Below, one piece after another: positions 37,670 to 52,151 of a stretch of DNA of 64,000 nt (its first letter is position 1; each line of letters starts with the position of its first letter). The notes beneath the pieces were generated by a model that did no database searches, was not told where the DNA came from, and saw nothing but the letters and a program-made list of their open reading frames with translations. A program made the translations under genes and the position numbers. The stretch comes from Euglena gracilis (lineage: Eukaryota). The stretch is taken from positions 46,851,847-46,915,846 of the forward strand of contig CP154954.1 in NCBI GenBank assembly GCA_039621445.1, written 5' to 3'.

Positions 37670-38030
37670 ATGTTGCCCATCGATCGAAAGCTTTTCTCAA
37701 GGGCTTTCAGCAGATGGCCTTAGATTCCAGCCGTGCTGCATGGTATTCTATTTCAAAAATTCCCCAAATTTGGCCAAATGGAAATTGTTGCACAAAATAC
37801 CCCAATATCTGGCCAACTACCCCCCAAAAACTGCGCAGATGTGATTGCCACGTGTCTGCTTACCATTTTGAACGCTTTTTGGTGCTTTTTATTTTCGGTC
37901 CCCTGGACGCCATCTTCCCGCCCGAACCGGCGTTCTGGACGCCGGTTCGGTGCAGAAATTTCTGCACCGAACCGGCGTCCAGAACGCCGGTTCGGGCGGG
38001 AAGCCAGAGCCCCAATACACGGTTTCAAGC
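37670..38030 (+). repeat. Interspersed repeat, second copy at ~52825-53130 and partial copy at ~37380
   Basis: Shared GAAAGCT(C/T)TTCTCAA...CAGATGGCCTTAGATT...GCTGCATGGTATTCTATTTC. Confidence 0.8.
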
Positions 38031-39801
38031 ACATTCCAATGTGTTTCCCAAAAAAAAAGAAAGAGATTGAATTTGGGGGGGGAAAGATCCCCCCCACTGG
38101 ACTCAGGGCAAATTTTCGGCAAGGTTGAAGATTTTACGGAATCCCCCATGAAGAAAGAAAGAAGAAACTTGTGTATTTTTTGCCATAATTTTGGACATTT
38201 TTGCCAGAATTTTTGGAACCTTTTTGAAAATAAAAAGACTACTTTTCTTCACAGATTTGGGACTGTGGTCTGACAGTTTTTAAACTTTTTTGCAAGTTTT
38301 TGGGACTTGCAATTTTTTTGTTCCCCTTTGCCTGCGGTGTGTTTTCTTTGCTGAATGCCTGTCCATCCAAACGCCAGCATAGCTGGCATCTTGTTTAAAA
38401 CGAAGCCAAAACGATGTTTTTTTGAAAAAAAGCCAGGTATGCGGGTTGAATGCTACACACGCAGCCCGAGATGGAGGTATCGCCATCTGACCGAGGACAA
38501 ACTGGAGGACATCCTCTGTTGCAAAAACTGCGTCTTAGATGCCTACCCTGTCCTGAGACTCAGACGGACTCAGGATGGGGTCCGCTAGCAGGGCTAGCTG
38601 GTGGAAAATTTTTGGTACCCACTTGCCTGAAATGCCCATCTTTTGGCAACAAAATACCCCCCCCCCCAAACATCCCCCCCTCGTTCCCCCCCAAGCGGAT
38701 CATCGGCCTCCGGGACAAGACGGCCAATTCCGGCAAGGCTGCAAAAAGGGCTCAGAAAACCTCCAAAAAACGACTGTTTCGAAAATTTAAAATTTGCCAA
38801 ATAAAAGAAAATTCATGACGAATCCCGCTGTGCACAGGTCTCCGAGGTCTTCCCCCTTTTTGCCCCCCCCCCCAATGTTGTTACTTCCTCACCTTCACCC
38901 TCCCCCCAAAGTGGCCACCCTTCAGGCACCATGAGGCCGCAAAATGGCCACTCTGGGGGAGCGGACACTTCAGCTGGGGGTCAAATTTTGGCCTCTCTGG
39001 CGTCGAAGGCAAATGGCCACTTTGAGGAGGGTTAACCAAAATTTGTCAAAAGGATTTGGCCACTTTTGGGGGGGGGTGAGGGTATGATCTCATGCTCTGA
39101 AGAGCTGTGGGGTTGCACCGATTTGTTCAGAGATTGCGCATCCAGTGATTTGTTGAATTTGGAGAGCTTTTGCAAAATGTCCCAAAAATTTTGACTGCCA
39201 AGTCTCAAAGTCTCTGCAACAGAATCTCAAATTTTTGACAACGATCTCAAAAATTTTGGCGAAAGGTCCCAGGCGTTTTGGCAAAAGAGCCCAAAATTAT
39301 GGCAAAAGTGTTCAACAATTTCAGCGGGAAGTCCCAAAATTGTGAGTGTTAGGTGTAAATAAGGGTGACCACGGTTATAGGTGGCGTTATATGCAAATAC
39401 AATGGGCAGAGGTGCACTTTTGCTGAAATCCATGGAGGTTAGGCCTGATCATATGGTTGGCCCTACCAACCACATAGTCGGACCGAACAGGTCAGCCCGA
39501 CCTGTCGGCAAAAGCCGACAGGTTATGTGGCACAATGGCCATTTCTGTCGGCCACCAGAAGTAGCATGGCCAATTTTCCGCTCAGGGCCAAGCCAGCCGA
39601 CCATTTTGCTCCAAAAGGGAATGCCATCTTTTTGCGCACATGGGTGATGGCCTTTTTTCGGGTACTGAAAAACCAGGCCACTCCCTTCACTTTTGGCCAT
39701 GCTACTTCTTGTGTCGGGCCGACCATGGTCAGCCCGACCATGAATGAAAACTTTGTAAAGTGCTAACTTAGTCGGCCTTCAGCCTCCTCTGGGGGGGGGG
39801 G

Positions 39802-40069
39802 CAGGGATTTTTTTAAGTTTGGACCCCCGGGGGGGGGGTGGGGGGGGGTGTGTGGGGGGGTACGGCCGCGGCCCCCCCCCCGGGGGGGGGGGTCCCCCCG
39901 GAGGGGGGTGGGATATACTTTTCGGCGCCGCAGGCGCCGAAAAAATTCTATTTTTAGCACTTTTCGCGATTTTCGGCCATTTTTTGTGGGTCCCCCGGGA
40001 CCCCCCGGGGGGTGGGCGGGTGGGGGGGACCTCCCCCCTCCCCCCCCCCCCGGGCTTAAAAAAACCCTG
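39802..40069. mobile_element. hAT-type MITE (same family as 36498-36790)
   Basis: CAGGG...CCCTG TIRs, G-run flanks, same internal GGATATACTTTTCGGCGC motif. Confidence 0.8.
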
Positions 40070-40291
40070 GGGGGGGCTGACCCAGACCCCCTCCCCAATA
40101 ATAAAATCCCTTTTATGTGTGCAAGGAAAGGCTGCCGTGGTTGAGTATGATTGGCCTGACCACCAAAAGCAACATGGCCAATTTTCCCTAGGGCCCTTGC
40201 AGTGGGTTCAGCTTTCTTTCCCCTGTATGTTTGCCCTTGGCCGAGACACAGATACTGACAAGCGTCACTGTCCAGCTGCTCACCGGTGGGG

Positions 40292-40723
40292 CAGGGTTGA
40301 TCAATTAACTGACTGTTTTTGGTCAACCGATTAAATTAACTGGGCCCTCGGTCAACCGATTAACTGATCTCTGGCTCCCGGGCTTTTGGAACCTTGTTTC
40401 ATGGCTGCAACAGCCTCACATCGTTGTGATGCTGACTTGTGAGCCACCACAGGTCCCCGCCTCTTTTTTTGCGGCCCTGTTTTTTGTACCGGGATGTTCT
40501 CTTCCGGCGGGTCCCCGGCACTTCTGAATCTCCAAAAAAAAATTTGCTGAGGAGCTTTTTTGAGGAGGTTTTTTGTCTTTTTGCCTCCCCCAAACAATCC
40601 AGGGCTTCTTTGCTCTCCATTACCCTTTAACCGATTGGTTAATTGTACCCCCCCCCTCAATTAGTCGATTAACTGCGGGGGTCATGGTTAGTTAACTGAC
40701 CGTTGGTTAAACAAACAACCCTG
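40292..40723. mobile_element. hAT-type MITE with AACCGATTAA subterminal repeats
   Basis: CAGGGTTG...CAACCCTG TIRs, GGTGGGG flanking duplication. Confidence 0.7.
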
Positions 40724-43700
40724 GGTGGGGGAGAAAGTTCAAAAGTGCAAAAACCTATGCTAGTTGTTGGAAGTGCGGACAAAAATTACGGGAGACAAAA
40801 ATTATGGGAAACCACCCCGATTTTCCCATAATTTTTTCCCCGTAATTTTTGTCTGGCGTACCTTTCCTACGCCCTTCATATGTGGTGACTCCAAAGAGGT
40901 TCGCAAAAAACAAACCAAAGAGTGAAAGTCCCAATGGACAGAGAACACTGTCCAAGGTGTAAATGGGGCAAACTGCAGAGGTGTGGTCAGAAAAGCAACC
41001 ATCGCAGACATGGTCACCACACACAACACATTTGCACCGCACAAAAAAAAATTGAAAAAACTGAAAATTTATCTCGTTGTCTTCCAAAATGAAAATCTTC
41101 CCATAATTAATATTTTCAAAAGCAAAATTTTCCCACATTTTTTTTCCCGTAATTTTTGTCTCCCGTAATTTTTGTCTTCACTGCAGATGCCAAAGGAAAT
41201 GTCTCACATCTCAATATTTGGGGTAACAATGTGCTGATGGTAAAATGCAGCTGGTTTACCTTTACCTTTTTTGGGGCTCAAAAAGCGCTTGCGCCATCCA
41301 CTCATCCATTCATCACACAAGGTCAACCTTCCGCTTGTGCTTGTCACCTCCCCCTTGAATGGTGTTCCGACACATGACGGACAACATGACAGGATGCAAG
41401 ATTATGGGAACCAAAAATAGCAGGGAAAAGTGATGGCAAAATTTCGATTTTTGGAAAATGGATGGATTTTGGGGGGCTGAAAACGTTTTCTTCCTTTGAA
41501 GACATTTGGGCCATCAGAGCTCGCTTTCTTTCCAGAGCTTTGCGAATGTGTTGTGTGGAGACACTTCCTCTCTGGTCCTCCACTTTGCCATTGGTGTTGT
41601 CAGATGACACACCATGGGGGCTTCTGAAGGTAGAAACAATCTGGGGGCTGATTCCCCAATGAAGTTGGTTAGTGTTTGTGATTGCTCCCCTGGACCCCCC
41701 CCCTTTCCCACCTACTAACCGGATGTGAAACCCTCATTGAACCCCCGACAACCCCCTACCTGGGGGGTCATGCCTGCTCTTTGGACCTGCAACCCTTGAA
41801 CAGGGGGGGGGCGCAAGACCAGGTCCCAAAACCTGTTTATCCGCAAAGGTCTCTTCTTTGGGGGGGAGGGTGGCCGTACCTGACCTGCAACTCCATTGTG
41901 CACACGATAGATTTCGCATCTGCTTAGGAAACAACATTTTTTGTCCAAATGCATTTTCCCAGAGGTGACAACAGTTTTTTTGTGCCGAAAAAATTTGCAT
42001 TCCGTCTTTTGACTTTTTTTTACTAAAAAGAAAAGGCTCACAGACGCCATTATCCATCTCCAAGGCACCCAGATCCGACCGGGGGGAGCACAGCCAAAGG
42101 TATTTAGGAACTCGCTTGACACCAATTTGTCTGCACATTACCTCTCAAAAATGTCTTTGCATTACACCCAGAATTTCCATTTTTTTGCAAAAATTTTGCA
42201 CTTGGCAAAATCGAGCCCGCCGGCCTTTGAGGTTCTTGAAGGGGACTGCTTAGCAGTCTCTTTGAAACCACCTCCAGCCTCACGTAGAAATCAGAGAGGC
42301 ACCCCTTTTATCATTGACAAAAAACCCAGGACTTAAAGATTTGGCTTCAGGAGTCACACTCCCAACCAACAATTACCTTGGACCAAAAAAATGCGTGACA
42401 AATCTGTTTTCAGACTTTTTTTGGAACCAAAATTGTTGGCAAGTTCAATTTAGGATCTAAAAATAGCTCGCAGAACAAGTACGGAGTCACAATTGCCCCA
42501 ATTTTGTGTCACATTATCTGTCAAAATTTGCCACCATTTCCCATTTTTCATTTTCCATACCCACACATCCCATTGAGAAAGAAAATGGTATTTTTTTTTT
42601 CACCAGTTGATTCAAGGCATACCAAAAACAGTTGGTTATCCCTGATGCATGGTCCCTGAGCACAGTGCATGCTCGCTGTGGCTAGCTTCAACTGAGGTTG
42701 TTCCAATTGATCGATCTTTGTAATCAGCTGACGAGTCGGCAAAATACCCACTCTGATGTATTAACAGGTCAAGTTCGCCAACTTTCAAGCCCCCTCCCCC
42801 CCAGAAAAGAATCCTATTCAGATAAAAATGCTCTCCGGTTGAATGCGAACCTCATCGGCTGTCACCTGCACTGCTCTGCAGTTTGTCTGCAGTGCAGTCT
42901 TTTGCAGTTCATGTCGCAAAATTTTCTTGTGATGCATTTTTCTCAGTCCTCCAAAAGAACACACAGTTCAAAATTCACATTTGCACAAATGGTAAATTTG
43001 AAATGAAATTGGCAATTGAGCTCCTTAAATCCTTTCCCTTGAAAAGTTTTCGGAAGTCTTCAGCCTTTGACCAACTTTCAGCTGGCCAATTTTTTTCAGG
43101 TGGTAAAACCTTTTCCCCAAAGAGTCTGGTCTGCATTACCCAAACAAGGAGTCAGGCATCGTTTGCTCTATGTCATTTGTCAGAACATCCCATGCTGCAG
43201 ACAATTCTCTCTCATACAGGGTTGGGGGGATTCCAAAAATGTCCTGCCTGCTCTGGGTTTTGACCCTTGCCCCCGGTTATGGGGCAAGTTCAGGGGGTAC
43301 AAGATCGGGGGGATTGCATTTTGCTCTAAAAGGTTTGGGCAGGCAACCCAGCGCTTTGTGGGCGCCAGGTTGTCTGATACCAATGGGAAGTTTGGTGTTG
43401 GAGTGCAATGTTAAGGAAAGTGGAAATCGATGCTTGCAATTTTTCAATCACTGTTGATTATCAAAGCTTCTGAGCAAAGGATTGAGGGGTGGAACATTGC
43501 AAGGCCTGCTGCTGTTTGAATTGCTGCTGATCACAGATGTGCAACACTTTGATGCAGCTCCTTCTTTTCTACCAATGATGCACCACCCCGGTGCTGTTTC
43601 TTTTTGTTCTTTGTCTCCTGAACCTCACCGCTCCCTGGGCCGTATGATTGCAGGCGGCAGCGCCTTCTGCCCCTGCCCTGGAAGAGAGTGTGAGGTGCAG

Positions 43701-43771
43701 TGGACCACGTTGTCCAAAAGGGGGGCATTGTGGTTCTGTGAGGCTGCTGTTGCATTGTGTACCGTGCACAG

Positions 43772-46700
43772 ATGTTCTCTCCTGGAGAAGAAATTGTCCA
43801 GCTACGAGGCCTGCCAGATGACACAAATGATTCAAATATCAAGACCCAAATTCAGGTTCCTTGCAGATTTCGTGCTTTTGGGGGTCTGTCTTCCTCTAAC
43901 ACATTGGCCGCGCCATTTTGTGCTGCCAACTTCGGGGGGGGGTATAGAGAGAGAGAGGGAGATTATCCCAATGTAAATAGCTCCTATCTTTTTGCACACC
44001 TTCATGCAATCAACACCCCAGACATAACTTTGAAACAGGGGTTTTTTTCAGTCTTGGACCGGGGGGGGGGGGGTAGGGTGGGTGGGTCTGGCCAAGCCCC
44101 CCCAGGGGGGCGGGTACCCCCAAAAGGGGGTGGGATATACTTTTTGGCACCTTTGGCGCCGAAATTTTTTGAAAAGGTGCTATTTTTAGCATTTTTCGTG
44201 TTTTTTGGACTTTTTGGGGGAAAGTGGGTTGGGTCCCCCGGGACTCCCCACCCCCGGGGGCGTGGGGGGACCCCCCCCCCGGTCTTGAAAAAACCCCTGC
44301 TTTGAAATTGCCGTCATTTTCAGCTTTTTCAGGCCTTTCAAAGGTATGGGGCAGGGTTTTTTTTTTTGAGTTGAGGCCAGGGTGCGGCTTCAGAAAACTT
44401 GACCCCTCCCAGGGGGTCAAATAAACCCTCCCCCTGGATGGAAGGCCCCCCCCCCCCATAGAAGCCTCGGTTTTCGACCAACGTTCCGGATAGTGCCCCC
44501 CCCCCCCGAAAAGTCTGCCCCGTGGTTGGCTTCTTCAGCCATTGGTTAAATGAGGCTCTGAGCTGGACCTGGGGGGGAGTCGTTAAAAAAGCGCCCTGGT
44601 TGAGGCCGACAGAGGCAGGCACTCCAAGGCACCCAGATCCTGCCCCCCCCCCACCCCGAAGGAGGGCACATGGCCAAAAGTGCCAGGGCACTCAGCCAGG
44701 ACACTGCCTCAAAGGCGCTAGACGCCCAGGAAACCACATTTTTGGGCAGTTTTTTTTTGCCCAGAACCAGGCAGACCCCCCCCCCGGGGTGCCTGCCTGC
44801 CTGCCAAAAACTGCCACCAGAAAAACTGGAAGAGGTGGTGGGGGGTGGTCGACCCCCCCACCCACCACCCACCACCCTAGCTGTTTGGCCGATTCCCGTT
44901 CTGCCCTGGTGGGTGGTCCCAGCCCCCCCCCCCCCCCCCGGGGGTCCTTGGCCGCAGGCCTAGGTCACTGGGAATGAAAAGGCTCAAATTCAACAGATCT
45001 CGACCACTGTGGAAAAAAAAAATCCTTGGGGTCACTCCCACTCTTCCCAAAACCATTCCGCCACTTTTCCTTTGGAACATTAGTGTGACTAGCAACCCCT
45101 GGGGGCTTCTTTCAGGAAGGAAGAATCAACCAGAAATTTCTTGTGCCTTCAGCGCCAGTTCACTTTGGCGTTTCTTTGACGACCCACCTGGGGGGGGTGG
45201 GGGTGAAAAGGGGTCTGAAAACCGGGGGTCGGCCAGTGACTGAATGATAATATGCCCTGGGTTATGAACCTTGAATGTGTTTTTGCTCTGGATTCATGCA
45301 CAGAAAAATTTAAACCATTGGTGGGAAATGTCCATTTTTTTTATTAAAAAAACATTTCAAATGTTGCACAAAACAGTTGCAAACCTTGGGACCAGATGAA
45401 AATGAAAAGGAAATGCGAAGAAAATGCTCCATGCCTTACATTGCGCCATCATGTCAACAACGTGACAATGTTTTGTTTATTGGCCCTCCGCATGATGCAC
45501 CCCCCTCCCCAGCGCTGGTCAAATCCCGCCTTGCATGGGGGCGGTCCAGCCAGTCAGCACCATTTTCCCAGCCACTGGCCCCTTTCCAGCCTTGGTGGCT
45601 TCCATTTAGGGAGTGGCCTGAGGGGGCCTAGCGGGCCGGGGCTTCTGATTGGGGTTCAACAAGGGTTCAACGGGTTACAATGGCATCGGCGTTTGCATCA
45701 AAAAAAAAATGCTTTTGTCAAAGAATGCTGTTACAACTCTGTTGATCACAACGTGCAGGCTGTTTATGGGCCTGTGGATTGGGTCATCACGTTGGCGCGC
45801 AACGGAGGGCGGATTGGATTCCTGACGTTCAAGGATGCAGAGACCGCAAGACAACTGATAGCAGCAGGAAGGTTGGAGGTTGCTGGCACAACTGTCACAG
45901 CAAGCCGCGCGGTTCCAGCTGATTTGCAAGGAGTGCCAGAGGAAGCTGAAGGTCTGCAAACCGATTCCTCCAGTGCAAGTGTTTGCCAACCTCACCCTCG
46001 TTATAACCCCCCCATTTTTAACCCAGTTTTGAATAGTGCTGCGCTCTTTGCGATGAGACCCCCCACGCCCCCCCCCCCCCGACCACCCCCGCCCCTCCCC
46101 CCTCTGAGGGGGGTGAGGGCGCCAATTTATTTTGCCATATATGCCCCCTCTACCCCCCCCCCACCCTCCCACTTCCCTTTTTGTAAGGACACTGCTTACT
46201 TTGATGTTTTTCGTTTAAGAAATGGTTGGGCGGGGGGGGGATGTTGGGGTAAAACGGAAGAAAAATTTCTCCTCATCTTTGCATTTTTGGAATCGCTGTA
46301 AAATTTGTTTTGTATGTTGGGGTCATTTTTGTCGTCAAATAAACAAAAAAAATTCATTTCAACGAAAATCAAAAGCATTTTGATTTTTACCTGGGGGGGG
46401 TCTGGGGGTTTATAAGTGGGGGGGTTTGGAGATATGGATTCATTTGGCAAAGCCTGGGAGGTTTTGATGTTTTCTTGACGCAACCCCCCCCCGGGTTCTG
46501 TGCTGCAGAAAAGAAAGCCTCTTTTGGGGTTGATTTTTTTTATGGAGGGAAAGTTGCCTTTTTGCGTGTAATGTGCACAGCTGCATGTGAGGTGCTGGAT
46601 AAAATATTAAAAGTTTTGGCAGCATCCACAGCAGGGGTGTTAATTATTTGTACACCCCCAAATTTTGTGGGTGGTACCCAACCCCCAGCCCCAAAGCTTC

Positions 46701-49700
46701 TGCATTCCATGGGATATGTGCACACTGGCACACCCTGCCCCACGCAGCAATTCCCCAGCCAGCTCTGCTGCCTTGCACTGACGAGTTTCACGAGAGCCAA
46801 AATTTTATGATTTCTGCCCCTCTCGTTCACCCCTCCAACCCCAGCTTAGGCGAGGGGGGCGAGGTGGTCCATATGGGGTGGGTAGCCTTGGACCCCACCT
46901 TTGAACAACACATGATGGCATCCCTGTCAACGCAGGTTGAGAGTGCAGTGACTCTCCCAAGGTGGCCATTTTGGACAATTTCAGCCCAAAATGGTCACCT
47001 TGGCAGACTCTCAGCCTGTTTTGACAGGGTTGCCATCATGTGTTGTTCAAAGGTGGGGTCAAGGATTCTGCGCCTTGACTCGATGTTGGACCAAGGCACA
47101 AACAGCACTTTCAGCAATCCATGATATTGACTGACAGTGGACCGGGTGTGGGTTTCGGCGCGAACCACCGAAAATTTTTTGGGAAATGCCCTCAGATGGC
47201 CCGAGTTTTGGGGTCCCCCCCCGGGGGGGGGGGTCCGGTCCTGTGCTGGGCTGGGTGGGTGGGGGGACCCAACTCAGTGCCCTGATGTTCTTGCCTTTGT
47301 GAAGAATTCTAAGTGTTTTCATCATTGCCACATCAAAGGTTTTGTAACCTGGTCAATTATCTCGATTTTTTTTTCCACAGGTGATCAGAAGAGTGTCTGG
47401 CTTGCGAAGTTGGAGAAGGTTGCATCTTTCCTGCTTCATCAGAGCTATCCTCATAATTCATGTTTATGGATGCATGAATGTATGGAAATATCGCATGTTA
47501 CAACTGGCGCCCTCCATATTCTTAGTTGGTTGACAAATCCTCGCAAAGAAATGTCAGAATTCATTTTGACTTTTCTGGATTTTGATATTTTGACATTTTG
47601 ACAAAAATTGTGACAGAAGTTCCAGAACGTTTTGACAGAGAATTTTCCCCAAATCCCAAAAATCCCAAAAATCCCAAAATTGCGATATTTCAGAATTTGT
47701 GAAGTTTGATTTGGGGAGATATTTGTTGCTTTTGGTATCTTAATGCCTCCAATTTGAACAAGGACCCCCCAAAATGCAGGGGATATGTTTTCCTTTTTGG
47801 CTTGAAGCACTGGATTGTATCTCGAGTCGTGTAGTTGCGCCCCCTGTCAAGTTTGTGCATAAATCCCCAAATCCCGATGGTTCTGGGTGGGGGTAGGTCG
47901 ACCACACACATATCCGCATCCTGGCGGATGGGGGGTGTGCCCCCCCACCCCGCCAACCAGGCTTTCCTGCCCCTTGTGGATAGGAGGCCACAATCATTTT
48001 GTCGCTGGCCGATCCTCGTCTGGGGGGTGACTGGTTTTATTCAGAGTGATTGACTGGTTTTTGGCCCAAACCCTCTGGGGGAGGTTGGCAAAAGAAATCC
48101 ATAACGTGACACAGCATTGCAGGTTTTTTTTTTGGATTATTGACGAAAATCCATTGATTTTGAGCCATTTTTGGCCGAGTGGTCAAAGTGACCGACCTCC
48201 CCCCCGGGGGAGGGGCAGGATGTTGGGGACTGGTTTTTGCAAAGTGATTGACTGGTTTTTTGAAAAGTGGAAAATGACCCCCCACTTCCCCACCAGGGGG
48301 TCGGTAAGCAATGGTATGGTCCCTGCCCCGAATGAGCAGAGCTGTCATGTCCCGGAAACTATACACCCCTGAAGATAGGAGAATGAATGCAGTGGGGATC
48401 TTGTGGATGGCCTATTTTGAGGATCTTAAGCGGCACATCTCGCATCGATTTGCGCATTTTTGCAAACCGACCAAGAACCGCTTCCGGCGCCGATGTTGCA
48501 AGAAGGGGCGAGACCGAGAGGAAGCAGGGTTGGACCAAATACGGGCAATTTCTCGTTTTTGGCATTGGCTTTCCTGGGAACTGCGTTTTTTTTTTTACTT
48601 TTTTGAAGCAGGAATGTCACAAAAACCCCCGGACCTATCCCCCCAAAGTGGAAAATCACCAAAACCCCCGGTGCCGCCTCCCCTCGTTTGTGTGATGCAG
48701 CTCTCCTCACTGGTTGCTGACGGCCTTGGCTGGCTCCCTGCAGAGAAGATGAGGTATGTTTGCGCAAATGCGCACACCATTAATGCGCATTTGCGCCAAC
48801 CGACCTGGTGTGCATTTGTGCAAAGGGATGCAATCAAGTGTCATGGCACACAAACAGGCCTCGCGCCTGAGCCTTTCTAATCAACAATAAGCGGAAGGGC
48901 TTACAACGCAGTCTCTCTCTGAAAACAGACACATGCATTGAAAGAACACTGGTATCAAACACCAGGTCGGAATAAGTAAAGGTCAGTTTGCGAAGTTGCG
49001 CATGTGGTTGGCATGACACATTTGTGCACACCAACCACGTGTGTAAAGATGCACGCCGTCGAAGTACGAAATGGGCACACCATTATGGCGTGTGCATTTG
49101 CGTCCACAATAACAAAATTTCAGACAGAACACATCAAACATGACCCCAAACACCACCTTCAATGGCTCTTTGGGAAGTACAATTTCATCTACCACACGTC
49201 CATGTGGAGATTGTAGATTGTAGGCCTTTAATAGGTGGCCCACCACAGACACATCGCGGCACATGTGCAACGGCGGTAATTGGTGGACCTCGAAAACCCC
49301 CGCCGCTTGCCCCCTGGCAAGGATTTTTTTTATTAAAAAAAATTGTCAATTTGCGCAATTGCGCACATCGACAAAGAAAAAATGTGTGAGATTGCATGTT
49401 TTGTGGACAATTTGCCTTTCTCTTGGCCAAAAGCACATATTTTTGCATATTTTTTTGTTTGTTCTGCACATCTTTTGAGTTTGTTTCAAGGAGTTTCCAG
49501 CCGCATGTTTGCCTTTTCTCACAAGTTCTTCCTGTCCCTTCTCGCGATCAAATCCCAGTACTCTACAAAAGGTGGCATTTTCGCCCCCCCCCCCCTGGGG
49601 GAGGTCGGATTTTGGGGTAGCAGTGCTGTAGCACACTCCCTGGCACCGAAGATGCTGAGGCCTAAAAAATGGCCATTATCAAGGGAAATTTGCTTGGGCA

Positions 49701-51937
49701 TCCCCCCCCTCCCGGACCGGGGGGGGGGGTCCGGACCCCCTTCACCTGACAAGGGGGTCCAGACCACCCCTGGGGGGTTCCTGGGACATTTTTTCCCCTT
49801 CTGGCACTTTGCACCGAAATTTTTTTGACAAATTTTGCCCAAAAGTGCCCATAATGGCATTTTTGGCTGTTTTGGGGTGTCAAAGTTTTCGGTCCGGCGC
49901 TTTGCACCAGGCTGAAAGTCAGTCACCCGGACCGCGTCACTGTTCAAGCGGGGGGCCGTGTCCCCCCCCCTCTTTTAACCAACCCCGAGGGGGGGGGGGT
50001 GCTTTGTGCGTCTTTTGGTCAATTTTTGGTTCTGGTTCAATTCCCAAGGTTTGCGATTGAGATGATGCAAGGGAAATGATGAAGGACGTGAACAGGGTGT
50101 TTTGAATAGCTTTTTTTCTCTCTCCCATTATCATTCCATTCCTGTGCAGCTTGCTGATGATTTGATGGAGCTGTCACCAGAGGAGTTACGGATGAGGGCT
50201 ATTCGTGAGTTTGGGCACCATTTTAGCCCAGATGTCTCAATTCCAGAAATGGTTCAGTGGTTCTGCATGAGAGAGACGGAACGTCTAGAATGGGTGTGCA
50301 GATATCTTTGCCGTGTGGTGTTCCCCGGTTCTTAAACCCTCAATCTCAACCTCAATCAAGAGACAATTTTTTTTGGATTTTTATTTTGAATTGTTAACTC
50401 TTTCCCTCAACCCCGACACCAGGGGTGTGGTTGCCGGATTGCCAACCGGTTGCCTGACTGCGCCCATTTGATTCCTGAAAACTGGAAAAAACCCAAATCC
50501 AACTGGGTTGAAAATTATTATTATTATCACCCAGAATTTCGAGGAAAAGCCCAAAGATAAAAACTCAAATGCCGTTTTTGGCCAATCCGAACCCTTTATC
50601 GGTCCAGCCCAGGTTTGCCAGGCTGGAAAAAAACCTCCAGCCTGGCAAACCAGGCTGGAGGTTCGCAAGCCTCCAGCCTGGCTGGCGAACCTCCAGCCAG
50701 GTAATTGTTGGCTGGAGAAGAAGGTTGTGGTTAGCTGAACCCCTCCCCCAGAGGGTCGGGACCCCTTTGGCTTCAGAAATTGTTTGTGTCTGCAACAAAC
50801 GATTAAGGTTTTAAAGAAATCGACAAACATCAGGCGGTGGGCTCCAACCCCTGCCACGGGAGGCAGTGCTTAAAGCAATGATGGGGTTACCTCTGGCTGA
50901 TCAGTTAACAGATTCATGTGATTATTTTTTGCCTCTCCCACCAGAATAAAGTATCACTCATCTGCATGACCTTCTCGGAAATTTCAAAAATAAATATGAA
51001 CATGAAATTTAAATATGAATGTTTTGCTCTTTTTGTGCCAAAATTTGGCTTTTTTTTCTGTTGAAAATTCTACATGTCTTTGGTGAGCATGGGAAGGTAA
51101 CGTTCCTTTCAGAGGTTTTTTTTGGACCCAGGGGAGGGCTGGGGGTTGACACCCACTGACCCACTTCCCACACAGCCCTGGCAGGGGTTGACCCCAGATG
51201 TGTATGTATGTGTGTATCAAAATGTCTCTGTTTTTGTCACAAATTCAAAAATCTGTCTTTTACACGACTGGCCTCGAATTTCCATGGATCTCTGCCCCAA
51301 AGCCCGAAGTTGAAAAGAACCATCGTTTACTCCCTCCCAGAAATTTCTGTTTTCGGCACGTTTTGGTAATTTCTGATTCACGAATACAAATACGAATCCT
51401 GTTGCATTCAGTATTGGGGCAGACGCCTGGTTGTATTTGCGGTGGTTTGGAGCAGAGGAATCTGTCAGTCATTGCTTACTCTTTTGCGGGACCTTTTGTT
51501 CAGGTGCCCCCCAGCACCGCAGCCCCAACGATACCACGCTCCCCCCCTCCTCTGCCAAGCCATTTGCTCTCCCAAGGGACGCCCACCTTTTCCCCTCCAT
51601 TCGCCACCCCCACCCCCTTCCCACCCCCTGTCAGGCCTGCCCCCATCCCCAGGCCCGCTGGCGAACTGTGCTCATTGCCCCCCTTTTTTTCCAGTGCGCG
51701 GGTTCAGAATGTCGTTGGGCACAGGCCACTCCCCGTCCCCCTCCCCCCTCACCGACCTTCGGATTTCGGCTCTTTTCAGCCACACACCCCACTCCCAGTC
51801 CCGCAGGCCTCCTATGCCCCTCCTGTGGCTCCTCCCCAAACTGGATACTCTGCAGGTTTGTTTGTATCATGCAATGCTGTGAGGGAAGGGGAGGGGTTGC
51901 GCCTGTTGTCCCAGGGGTTCACTGGATCTATGATTTA
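43772..51937 (+). CDS. Multi-exon host gene encoding an RRM RNA-binding protein (ends uncertain; may extend upstream to 33.8/38.4 kb)
   Basis: Exons 43772-43855, 45759-45951 and 47381-47418 splice GT-AG in frame to give IVQLRGLPDDTNDSNIKTQIQAVYGPV...RIGFLTFKDAETARQLI (RNP2/RNP1); further exon-like blocks ~48340, 48701, 50150, 51504. Confidence 0.7.
44036..44299. mobile_element. hAT-type MITE (same family)
   Basis: CAGGGGTTTTTTTCA/TGAAAAAACCCCTG TIRs; perfect 8-bp TSD CTTTGAAA. Confidence 0.9.
46891..47060. repeat. Foldback element (~170 bp hairpin)
   Basis: GACCCCACCTTTGAACAACACATGATGGCA has an exact reverse complement ending at 47060, and the inner arms also pair. Confidence 0.88.
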
Positions 51938-52151
51938 AATGGCAGCCCCATGCCACTGCCGGGGGTTGCCATGTTGTTGGAAAAGCGCCAGTGGACCCCA
52001 ATGCTTATGAAGATGGAGATATTATGAAGATTAATGACAATTATCATGAAGATGGGACCGACCCCCAAATCCCAAGGGACCATCATATGGCTGTTCTGAC
52101 ATTGGGTTATGTGCCAAGTTGCGTTTGATGTTAGCTGTAGTGAGCCTGGAG

